A DNA stretch of 64,000 nucleotides from an uncultured Eubacteriales bacterium (GTDB lineage: Bacteria > Acidobacteriota > Aminicenantia > Aminicenantales > Aminicenantaceae): the NCBI GenBank assembly GCA_964348015.1, contig CAYGBC010000045.1, forward strand, positions 1,784-65,783. Direction: 5' to 3'. Both the position numbers and the translations under genes were made by a program. Of the stretch, positions 46,333 to 55,400 are shown piece by piece; the stretch's first letter is position 1, and each line of letters starts with the position of its first letter. The notes beneath the pieces are model-generated. The model saw only the letters and a list, made by a program, of their open reading frames with translations, did not search any database and had not been told where the DNA came from.

Positions 46333-47234
46333 CCTCCCTTGACGTTTTTCAGTTTTTTTGCCATTTTGGGGATATCGGATACCGAGTCCGCCAGATGGAC
46401 TCCGGCCCTTGTCAGTCTTTCGACCTTACTCTCATACGAACCCTTCGACCCCTCGACGATGGCTCCGGCATGGGAAAACCGGGTTCCGGATTTGGCGGCT
46501 TTTCCGCCGATGAACGCAATCAGCGGCTTCGTGAGCTTTCCTTTCTGTATAAGGTCTGCGACCCGTTCTTCCTGGGATGTTCCGATCTCGCCGAACATCA
46601 CGACCATCCGTGTCTCGTCATCTTTCTCGAACAACTCCATGACCTCCGGATGAGACAATCCGACAACCGCATCTCCCCCCACGTGAACAATCGTGCTCTG
46701 TCCGAATCCCGCATCCGTCAGATAATAGGATATGGCCGATGTCATCCCGCCGCTGCGCGAGCTGACTCCGATATCACCAGCGGCAAACCATTCCTTCGCC
46801 CTCTCCGCACGGCCGCCGATCATTCCCAGGACGGCTTTTCCAGGGCTCACAAGACCGAGGGTGTTCGGACCGACGAAACACGCACCTTTTTCCTGAGCCA
46901 GGCGCGAGATTTCCAGGACGTCATAGATGGGGACACGGTCGGGGACGACGACCAAAAGCTTGACCCCCGCATCGATAGCCTCTAAGGCCGCATTCTTCAC
47001 CAATCCGGCAGGAACAAAGATGACGCTGGCATCTATCGGGCCCGTTTTCTCCCCTGCCTCTTCCACTGTATCGTACACGGGAACTCCATGAACCTCTCCG
47101 CCCCCTTTCCCGGGTGTGACTCCTGCCACTACCTGTGTTCCGTAATCCTTCATCAGCTTTGTGCGGATCATCCCCTCCCTTCCGGTTATTCCCTGGACAA
47201 TCACCTTGGATTTTTCGTCGACTAAAATCGCCAT
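46329..47234 (-). CDS. Succinyl-CoA synthetase alpha-like subunit; putative citryl-CoA synthetase small subunit (CcsB-like)
   Basis: Motifs VIVQGITGREG and GVTPGKGG, plus the phosphohistidine loop FSHAGAIV. Confidence 0.8.
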   Translation of the reverse strand: MAILVDEKSKVIVQGITGREGMIRTKLMKDYGTQVVAGVTPGKGGGEVHGVPVYDTVEEAGEKTGPIDASVIFVPAGLVKNAALEAIDAGVKLLVVVPDRVPIYDVLEISRLAQEKGACFVGPNTLGLVSPGKAVLGMIGGRAERAKEWFAAGDIGVSSRSGGMTSAISYYLTDAGFGQSTIVHVGGDAVVGLSHPEVMELFEKDDETRMVVMFGEIGTSQEERVADLIQKGKLTKPLIAFIGGKAAKSGTRFSHAGAIVEGSKGSYESKVERLTRAGVHLADSVSDIPKMAKKLKNVKGG

Positions 47235-47276
47235 TTTCGTATCTCGTTATCCCAATAAGAATGCATCTGGGATTCT

Positions 47277-48836
47277 TTATTCTCCCTCGTTCTTGGCCAG
47301 TTTTTCCCTGTACTCTTTGAGACCCGGAATCGGGAGATAAATCACTATCGCATCCTTTTCATGAAACTTGCAGTAGATCTCACAAGCCAGACATTCCGTG
47401 CATTTCCCAGTTTTGGCTTCCACCAGTGGAATCGAGAGCACGGACTTCCCTTCCTCGACCTTCAGGATCCCGGCCGAACAGGCTTCGACACACCCTTTGG
47501 ACTGGCAGTCCGGACATTTCTGATGGTCGATGAAGATTCTCCCGGTCAGAGTCTCAAAAAAATAGAGGTCGTCGGGCAGATCGGGCAAATCGATAGGCCG
47601 GACGGCATGAACCGATTCGCTCTTCTCTGTCAGCTCCTCCAACCTCTGGGAACAGAATTCCGGAGAGTCGTCCCGTCCGTATCCCTCCACTGCAGCAGGG
47701 ATATCTTTCAGATAGGTCCCGAGGATTTCGATGGCTTTCTCCTCAAAATTCCCGCCGAGTCGGATCACGGCGGGAATCTCTAGGTTCTCTTCATGAAAGG
47801 CTTTGACCATCCCGCGGGCCGAATGATACTGTTCCTGGCTGGCCACGCCCGAACCGGAGGCAAAATACCCTTTGATATTCGGCTGGGAAAGGATGATCTT
47901 TGCCGCCCTGTAGACTTTGCTGGCCGAAGGATTGCCGCTCGTGTCGCAGTAATCGGCCAGCTTGAATCCCTTATCCAGCACGGCATCCATGGACATCATC
48001 GAACCGCCTCCTCCGGCCCCGTGAAAACCGATATACTTTTCTCCACGAGGAATGTCCTCTACCATCTGCAAAAAGTAAAACGTCCCCCGGTGATCATTCT
48101 CCTCCACCTGATAGGCTATTTTCTCCAGCCTTGACGGCGGCCTGTCAAACTCTCTGGCCACCTCGATGTCCAGCTCAGGATGGCGGAAAACCGCGTAATC
48201 ATCCACGGCGATATGGCAGTCAGCGGCCAAAACTAAATCATTCTTTGTTATGACCAGAGGATTGATCTCTGCGGACCGGGCATCATACCTGCGGGCGACT
48301 CTGTACAGCTTGGCCAGGACAGCGGAGAGCTGGACCAGAAGCTTCCCGGAGAATCCGGCTCGCCGAAGAAGGTTGCGCACTTCGAAATCCCTCAACCCGG
48401 TCAATATATCGATCGGGATTTGAAAGATCTTATCCGGATGTTCACTGGCAATCTCCTCAATCCCCGTCCCGCCTATTGAACTGAAAACCAGAAGAGGCGC
48501 TTTCCTCGCATCATCGATCACAAGCCCTACAAAACACTCCGTCTTGATATTCAACTTTTCTTCGACCAGGATCTTATCGACGATGAAGTTGCCGACCTTC
48601 ATTCCGAACATCTCTCGTGCGGCGGCTTCTGCCTCTCCCACACCTTCTGCAAAACGAATCCCGCCTCGGTCGGCTCGTCCTGTGAGCCAGACCTGAATCT
48701 TCAAAACCACAGGACCCCCGATCCGGAACGCAATCTGGCGCACATCCTCAGGAGTAAAGGCCAATTCGCCCTTCGGAACGCGAATCCCCATGTTCTTCAG
48801 GAGTTTTTTGCTCTGATATTCGAAAAGCCGTGCCAT
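47277..48836 (-). CDS. Succinyl-CoA synthetase beta-like ATP-grasp subunit (CcsA-like) fused to a C-terminal 2x[4Fe-4S] ferredoxin-like domain
   Basis: N-terminus MARLFEYQSKKLL resembles SucC. About 80 extra C-terminal residues carry CPDCQSKGCVEAC and CTECLACEIYC (residues about 441-489). Confidence 0.8.
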   Translation of the reverse strand: MARLFEYQSKKLLKNMGIRVPKGELAFTPEDVRQIAFRIGGPVVLKIQVWLTGRADRGGIRFAEGVGEAEAAAREMFGMKVGNFIVDKILVEEKLNIKTECFVGLVIDDARKAPLLVFSSIGGTGIEEIASEHPDKIFQIPIDILTGLRDFEVRNLLRRAGFSGKLLVQLSAVLAKLYRVARRYDARSAEINPLVITKNDLVLAADCHIAVDDYAVFRHPELDIEVAREFDRPPSRLEKIAYQVEENDHRGTFYFLQMVEDIPRGEKYIGFHGAGGGGSMMSMDAVLDKGFKLADYCDTSGNPSASKVYRAAKIILSQPNIKGYFASGSGVASQEQYHSARGMVKAFHEENLEIPAVIRLGGNFEEKAIEILGTYLKDIPAAVEGYGRDDSPEFCSQRLEELTEKSESVHAVRPIDLPDLPDDLYFFETLTGRIFIDHQKCPDCQSKGCVEACSAGILKVEEGKSVLSIPLVEAKTGKCTECLACEIYCKFHEKDAIVIYLPIPGLKEYREKLAKNEGE

Positions 48837-48859
48837 TTGCTTTTTCCTGTCGTTCCCCT

Positions 48860-48888
48860 ATTATTCAAACAGCGGGATTTTTTGTCAA
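48860..48888 (-). promoter_or_regulatory. Sigma70-type promoter candidate for the SucC-like operon
   Basis: On the minus strand: TTGACA, 17 nt, AATAAT, about 25 nt upstream of the ATG at 48836. Confidence 0.5.
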
Positions 48889-48908
48889 CTCAAACAGATC
48901 TCATTCGA

Positions 48909-48938
48909 TTGACAGAAAACTCACCCCTGTGCTATCTT
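48909..48938 (+). promoter_or_regulatory. Sigma70-type promoter candidate, divergent, for the sensor kinase operon
   Basis: TTGACA, 18 nt, TATCTT. It would give a leader of about 215 nt before 49158. Confidence 0.35.
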
Positions 48939-49157
48939 AACCGAGACTGAAGAGGAGAAGACGCAAAGCGGGGAAGTGTTGGGTTGGAGAAGGAAGAAAT
49001 AAATATCGATCCTCAAAAAAAGCACAGGAAAGAGTCACAGCGTGACCGATTGAAAAAATCGGCATACGGTTATTCGTTTGTTCGACAGTCCGCTTCGACT
49101 CGGTTTTTACAATACCTGAAGTAAAGAGGTTGAATTCACACAAATCCCGGGTGAAAA

Positions 49158-50975
49158 ATGAAGAAAAAGAAGATCTTGATCGTCGAGGACGAACGAATCG
49201 TCGCCGAAGACATAAAGATGAAACTCGAGATGACCGGTTACTCTGTTGCGGACATAGTCAGTTCTGGAAAGGAAGCCATCAAAAAAACAGAAAAGCTTGA
49301 ACCGGATCTCGTCCTGATGGACATCGTCCTGGAAGGGAAAATGGATGGGATCGAAGCGGCCGGAGTCATACTTTCCCGGTTCAATATTCCCGTCGTTTAT
49401 CTCACCGCGTATTCCGACAAAAAGACTTTGGCAAGGGCCAAAGCCACGGAACCATTCGGGTTTATCATCAAACCTTTCGAAGCCCCGGAAATATACACAG
49501 CCATCGAGATGGCCCTTTACCGGCATACGCTCAGAAACATGCTCAAAGAGAGTGAAGAAAGATACAGGGCTCTGTTTGAACGTTCTCTCTCCTATGTCTA
49601 TGTGCATAATTTTAAAGGACAATTTATCGATGCGAATCCAGCCGCTCTCAAAGCGCTGGGTTACACACGAAAAGAGATGACCCCCCTCAATTTCGCTTCT
49701 TTACTCGACAAAGGCCAGTTGCCCAGAGCCTTCAAATCCCTTCAAGAAATCATTCGCACCGGCCATCAGAAAAAACCAGATGAATACAAATTGAAAAGAA
49801 AAGACGGCCGCTTTATCTGGGTCGAGACCGAAGGTTCGCTCATCTATAAAGACGGGAAACCTTTTGCTGTCCAGGGCATCGCACGAGATATCACGGCAAA
49901 AAAGATGGGAGAAAAAGCCCTGAGAGAATCCGAGGAAAAATTCAGGACTCTCGCGGAGAAGTCTCCGAACATGATATTCATCCACAGGGAGGGCAGAATC
50001 GTCTATGCCAACAAACGCTGCGAAGAAATGATGGGATACGCAAGGAAGGAATTCTACTCCCCTGATTTTGAATTTTTCCGCTTGATTGCGCCAGAATATC
50101 TTGAAAAGATAAAATCGTTTTACAGCAAGCATAAGAAAGGAAAAGATGTCAGGCCCTATGAATATGCTCTCATCACCAAAGACGGGGAACGGATCGAAGC
50201 CATCCTCACATCACGGTTGATAAATTACGAAGGGGAAAAAGCGATACTCGGCATCATCACCGATATCACTGAGCTCAAGCGCGCCGAGGAAGTCATCAGA
50301 GAATCCCGCGAGCAACTGCGGAAACTGGCCACCCATATACAATCTGTTCGAGAGGAAGAGAGGACGGCCGTCGCCCGGGAAATCCACGATGAACTCGGTC
50401 AGGCGCTGACCGCCATAAAAATGGACTTATCCTGGCTGGATAAAAAAATACCCAAAGAATACCGCCCTCTCTTTAAGAAGACGAAAGAAATGTCTGAATT
50501 GGTCGACTCCACGATTCAAACAGTGCAGCGAATCTCTGCGGAATTGAGGCCCGGTTTGCTGGATGACATCGGCCTTCTGGCCGCCGTAGAGTGGCAGGCG
50601 GAAGATTTCCAAAAAAGAACCGGAATCTCCTGCGACCTGTCCGTAAGCTCTCAGGATATCACCCTGGATCAGGACCGCTCCACGGCCTTATTCCGCATTT
50701 TCCAGGAGACGCTCACGAATATCAGCAGACATGCTTACGCGTCACGGGTGAGAGTGAACCTAACCATGAAGGACAATACCTTAGAACTCAAAGTCAAAGA
50801 CAACGGCAGAGGAATCATCGAAGAAAAGATCTCGAACCCAAAATCTCTGGGGCTGATGGGAATTCAGGAACGCGTTCACTCTCTGGATGGAAAGATCAAT
50901 ATCAGAGGAATCCCGAATAAGGGAACAACGGTGACCGTGTCCATCCCTCTTCACGGGCAAGGAGACAGCCGGTGA
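49158..50975 (+). CDS. Hybrid sensor: REC + 2 PAS + HisKA_3 + HATPase_c histidine kinase
   Basis: REC is KILIVEDE...DLVLMDIVL. There are two PAS modules. The phosphoacceptor is REIHDELGQALTAIK (NarX/DegS type). The ATPase N/G boxes include NISRHAYAS and DNGRGI. Confidence 0.9.
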   Translation: MKKKKILIVEDERIVAEDIKMKLEMTGYSVADIVSSGKEAIKKTEKLEPDLVLMDIVLEGKMDGIEAAGVILSRFNIPVVYLTAYSDKKTLARAKATEPFGFIIKPFEAPEIYTAIEMALYRHTLRNMLKESEERYRALFERSLSYVYVHNFKGQFIDANPAALKALGYTRKEMTPLNFASLLDKGQLPRAFKSLQEIIRTGHQKKPDEYKLKRKDGRFIWVETEGSLIYKDGKPFAVQGIARDITAKKMGEKALRESEEKFRTLAEKSPNMIFIHREGRIVYANKRCEEMMGYARKEFYSPDFEFFRLIAPEYLEKIKSFYSKHKKGKDVRPYEYALITKDGERIEAILTSRLINYEGEKAILGIITDITELKRAEEVIRESREQLRKLATHIQSVREEERTAVAREIHDELGQALTAIKMDLSWLDKKIPKEYRPLFKKTKEMSELVDSTIQTVQRISAELRPGLLDDIGLLAAVEWQAEDFQKRTGISCDLSVSSQDITLDQDRSTALFRIFQETLTNISRHAYASRVRVNLTMKDNTLELKVKDNGRGIIEEKISNPKSLGLMGIQERVHSLDGKINIRGIPNKGTTVTVSIPLHGQGDSR

Positions 50976-51604
50976 TCAAAATACTCATCGCGGACGACCA
51001 TCCGATCGTCAGGAAAGGCTTAAAGGAAATCATCGAAGAGACTCCGGGCATGAAAGTGGTCGACGAGGCCTCCAACGGTCAGGAAGTATTAGAAAAAGTT
51101 TTCCAGAAAGATATAAATGTTGTTCTGCTGGATATCTCCATGCCCGGAAGAAGCGGGCTGGATATCCTCAGAGACTTAAAAAGGTTAAAACCGAAGCTCG
51201 TGGTTCTCGTCTTGAGCATACATCCTGAAGAACAATACGCTGTGCAGGCGCTTAAAGTCGGGGCGTCTGGATACTTGACCAAAAAAAGTGCTGCTGAAGA
51301 ACTGCTCACGGCCCTGCGGAAAGTCTCCAGCGGAGGGAAATATATCTCGTCCTCCCTGGCAGAGAAACTGGCCTATGCTCTGGAGAAGGATGTTGAGAAA
51401 CCACTTCATGAGACTCTCTCTGTCCGCGAATACGAGGTGATGCGCTTGATCGCTTCGGGGAAAACCGTGACAGAAATTGCCAAGGAACTGTTTCTGAGTC
51501 CTAAGACGATCAGCACCTATCGCGCCCGGATCCTGGAAAAAATGCGCATGAAGAACAACTCGCAATTGGTGCGGTATGCGATAAAAAATCGGCTCGTCGA
51601 ATAA
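50972..51604 (+). CDS. NarL/FixJ-family response regulator (REC + LuxR/GerE HTH)
   Basis: IKILIADDHPIVRKGL, VLLDISMPG, and the HTH LSVREYEVMRLIASGKTVTEIAKELFLSPKTISTYR. 4-nt overlap with the kinase. Confidence 0.93.
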   Translation: MIKILIADDHPIVRKGLKEIIEETPGMKVVDEASNGQEVLEKVFQKDINVVLLDISMPGRSGLDILRDLKRLKPKLVVLVLSIHPEEQYAVQALKVGASGYLTKKSAAEELLTALRKVSSGGKYISSSLAEKLAYALEKDVEKPLHETLSVREYEVMRLIASGKTVTEIAKELFLSPKTISTYRARILEKMRMKNNSQLVRYAIKNRLVE

Positions 51605-51610
51605 AGGTGT

Positions 51611-51659
51611 AAAAGGGGACAGTCCCCATTTTTTTACAAAGGGGCAGCCCCCATTTTTT
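51611..51659. repeat. Two tandem family 2 motifs directly after the response regulator stop (terminator-like)
   Basis: AAAAGGGGACAGTCCCCATTTTTTT followed by ACAAAGGGGCAGCCCCCATTTTTT. Confidence 0.65.
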
Positions 51660-52000
51660 CTATGGCTTTGTCAGACAAAATCTGACATAAAAATCAGCTA
51701 ATTCCCTATACCATCCCTTGCTCTTTTTTTATAGCCTTATTCATCCGGATCATTCATGAGTCGAGGTGGCTGGAAACGCAAAGAACACGGCTTGCCGCTT
51801 TAATTCTTCACCGCGAGTGATCTGCAGCTCCTCGAATAAAAGGAAAGAGAACAAAAGCTTGATTACTGATACCAAGAAAAAAGAGCACAGGCTTTCTTCA
51901 CCTTTTGCAGGTCCCTTTTTCTTTCTCAAGGCATTCCTCATCGTCGCGGGAAAAGGGGCCTATTCCCTTTTTTCTTGAAAACGTTATAACGGAACTCTTC

Positions 52001-52402
52001 ATGAAAGTCCTTGTGGTGGATGACTCGGCACTCCTGCGGAAAAGGCTGATATCCATGATTTCCGAGCTCCCCGGAGTCACAGCGATCGGTCAGGCCCAAG
52101 GTGCGCCCGAGGCTCTGAATTCTATTCAAGAATTCAATCCAGATGTGGTGATACTGGATATCCGGTTATCCGATGGCAACGGGATTGAAGTCCTCAAGAA
52201 AACGAAGAAAGATAGTTCTGCTTCCGTAACAATCATGTTCACCAACTATCCCTTCCCGCAGTACCGCAAAAAATGCCAGGAAGCCGGGGCGGATTTCTTC
52301 TTCGATAAATCCACCGAATTTCATAAAATCGCGGATGTGCTCAAACACATCCCAGAATCCCAGGACAATGCGGCTGAAAACTTGAAAATCAGAAAGAATT
52401 AA
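52001..52402 (+). CDS. Single-domain (CheY-like) response regulator
   Basis: MKVLVVDDSALLRKRL...DVVILDIRLSDGNG...FDKS. Start moved to Met33 of ORF 51905. Confidence 0.85.
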   Translation: MKVLVVDDSALLRKRLISMISELPGVTAIGQAQGAPEALNSIQEFNPDVVILDIRLSDGNGIEVLKKTKKDSSASVTIMFTNYPFPQYRKKCQEAGADFFFDKSTEFHKIADVLKHIPESQDNAAENLKIRKN

Positions 52403-52478
52403 ACATGACATATCGGTCCCGAACACACATCCATTTCATCAATCGGGGCCCTCACTTCCTCAAAAAGGGGAGGTTAAA

Positions 52479-55400
52479 ATGAAAAACATTGAAAAAAGCA
52501 AAGAACAACTCCTCAGAGAGCTTACCGAGCTGCAGAAGCGGAATGAAGAATTAGAAATCACGGAAATCGAACAGATGCAGAAAGAGCAGGTCCTGAGGGA
52601 GTCTGAAAAAAAATACAGCTTGCTTGTGGAATCCTCGACGGACATGCTGTTCACGGTCGATCTCAAGGGCAACTTTCTGTTCACCAATAAGGCATTCAAG
52701 AAATGCCTGGGATATTCCAAAGAGGAGATGAAAAGGATCAACGGGTTCGCACTGGTCCATCCCGAGGATATGGACAAAGTGAAACAGCAGTTTGCTCAGA
52801 TCATAGCGGGCAATGCGGTCAATGATATCGAGTACAGATACAAGACCAAAGACGGCCCCTACATCCACATCCTCAATAACGCCGCACCCATTTCTGATTC
52901 TGAAGGAAACATCGTCGCCGCCCTCGGGATCGCCAGGGATATCAGCTACAGAAAAAAAATAGAAGAAAAATTGCAGGTGGCGCATGACGAGCTCGAGCAA
53001 CGAGTTGCCGACAGGACTGCGGAGCTTCTGGTCTCCAATGAAAAGCTGAACGAGGAAATTAAAGAGCGCATACGGATGGAGGAAGCGCTTCGAGAGTCAG
53101 AAGCCAAACTCAAGATCATACTGGAGAACGTCCGAGACGTGATCTTTCAACTTTCTCTTCAGGGCTTCATTCAGTATGTGAGCCCGAATGCCGAATCAAT
53201 TTACGGGTATAAACTCGATCAGCTGATCGGAAGGCATTTTAAAAAAACAACTCCGATGAGCGACATGCCCAAAGCCATAAAAGCACTGAATCAGGTTCTT
53301 TCAGGAAAAGAGATCGAGCATTTTGAGATCAATCAACTGAATCCCAAGGGAAAGATCATTCCCACGGAAATCAATGTCACACCAGTGAAGAAAGATGGAA
53401 AGATCATCGCGGTTCAAGGCGTCATGAGGGATATCACCGAGCGCAAGAAGGCGGAAGCCACTCTGCGCGAGAGTGAAAAAAAATACCGGGCTATTTTCGA
53501 GTCCTTCCATGACGTGTACTTCCAAGCGGACAAAGAGGGCCGGGTCGTCCAAATCAGCCCATCGGCCCGCGCACACGCGGGGTATGCCCCAGAAGACATC
53601 ATCGGTCATCCGGTGACAGATTTTTATCTCGAGCCGGAAGACAGGGAGACCTTTGTTCAAAAGTTGAAGGAAACAGGAGCCGTCAACGATTATGAACTCA
53701 AGCTCAAGGCGAAAAACGGAAGCGTGATAGAGACCTCGATAAGCGCGCACATCGCTTACGGAGAAGACGGGGAACCGAACGGAGTCGAAGGAGTGCTCCG
53801 GGACATCACCGAACGCAAGCGCGCGGAGGAGGCACTCAAAGAAAGCGAAGAAAAACACCGGGACTTGATTGAGAACTTGAACGAAGTCATCTATTCTCTC
53901 GATAAGAACGGCAAGGTCACCTACGTCAGCCCCGCGGTCAAATCTCTTTTGGGCTACACTCCTGAGGAAATCGAAAGTCAAGCCATTGGCGGCATGGTCC
54001 ACAAAGACGATTTGCCGGGGGCAAGAGAGGCTATTCAGAAAATCCTCTCGGGAAAGAACCAATCCCATGAGTATCGAATCATTGCAAAATCCGGAAAGGT
54101 CCGTTGGATCCTCACGTCAAGCCGGCCGATTCTCAAAGATAACCGCGTCACCGGAATTCAGGGATCATTGATGGATATCACTGAGCGCAAAAAAACAGAA
54201 AAAGAGCTGATCGAGAGCGAAAAAAAATACAGAGATTTGATCGAAAAATCAATCCAGGGGGTCGTCATTCTCCAGGAGGGCCGCATCGTTTTCGCCAACA
54301 GAGCCCTGGCCAAAATCATGGGATACACAGTGAAGGAACTTTTGGATTTTACACCTAAAAAAGTCAAGGAACTGGTGCATCCCGAAGACCAGGAGCTTGT
54401 ATGGGGACGCTTGAAAGACCGCTTAGCTGGCAAGCCCCAACCTCCGCACTACGAATACCGCAGTCTCCGGAAAGACGGCAATCTCGTGTGGCTGGAAATG
54501 TTCGCCAGCCGAATCATGTTCGACGGAAAACCGGCCATCCAGGGAGCTGTCATCGATATCAGCGAGCGTAAACACGCCGAGGAAGCGCTCCGGGAGAGCG
54601 AAGAGAAGTATAAGACTCTGGTGGAAACGTCTCCGGATTCGGTGGCGGCCACGGATATGGAAGGCCGGATCATTTTCGCTTCCCCCCAAACACTCAAAAT
54701 GCTCGGATATAAGAGAACCCAGGAATTGGTCGGGAAAAGCGCCTTTGACCTGATCGCTCCTGAAGACCATGAACGCGCCAGAAAAGACTCTCAAAAAGTT
54801 ATAAAGGACGGATTCCTCAAAAACATTGAGTACAACATGTTGAAAAAAGACGGAAAACGTTTAACCGGGGAATTCAGCAGCACTTTGATAAGAGATCTGG
54901 ACGGGAACCCGAAAATGGTCATCGCCACGACAAGGGACATTTCAGAGCGAAAAAAAGCGGAGGAATCGCTCCGGGAGAATGAGGAACGCTTCAGAACAAT
55001 GGTCGAGACTGCTCCGGGTATGCTGATGATTGCCGACTCAAAAGGTAACAACATCTATGTCAGTCCCAACTGCGAAAAGCTCACTGGCTACACCCAGCAA
55101 GAGCTCCAAAATGAAACGAAATGGTGGGTCCATAAAGATGACACTCCCCAAGCGAAGAAAATATTCAAACAAACTTTTCAAAAGGGAACCGGAGGGAAGA
55201 ATTACGAATATAAAGCCGTCAAGAAAAACGGAGATATCTGGTACGCTTCAAGCACCTGGGAGCCTCTGTGGGGTCAAAAAGGACAGTTCCTGGGCGTTGT
55301 CATGCAGACGATCGACATCACCGAACGCAAAAAAACAGAAGAGGAGCTGCATGCCCGGGAAGCTTATCTTGATCATCTGTTCGATAGCGCTCAAGAAGCC

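Noticed and set aside
45874-46985. + strand ORFs of 259 aa and 219 aa
   Set aside because: They are antisense to the citrate-synthase-like and SucD-like genes, which carry clear signatures (GFGHRIHTRDPR, SHAGAIV). No motifs or start signals of their own.
46329-48836. Reading the SucC-like/SucD-like pair as ordinary succinyl-CoA synthetase
   Set aside because: This is not fully excluded. I disfavour it because of the translationally coupled short citrate-synthase-family gene and the atypical ferredoxin-like fusion. It needs a phylogeny and a genome-wide sucCD inventory, as listed under the findings.
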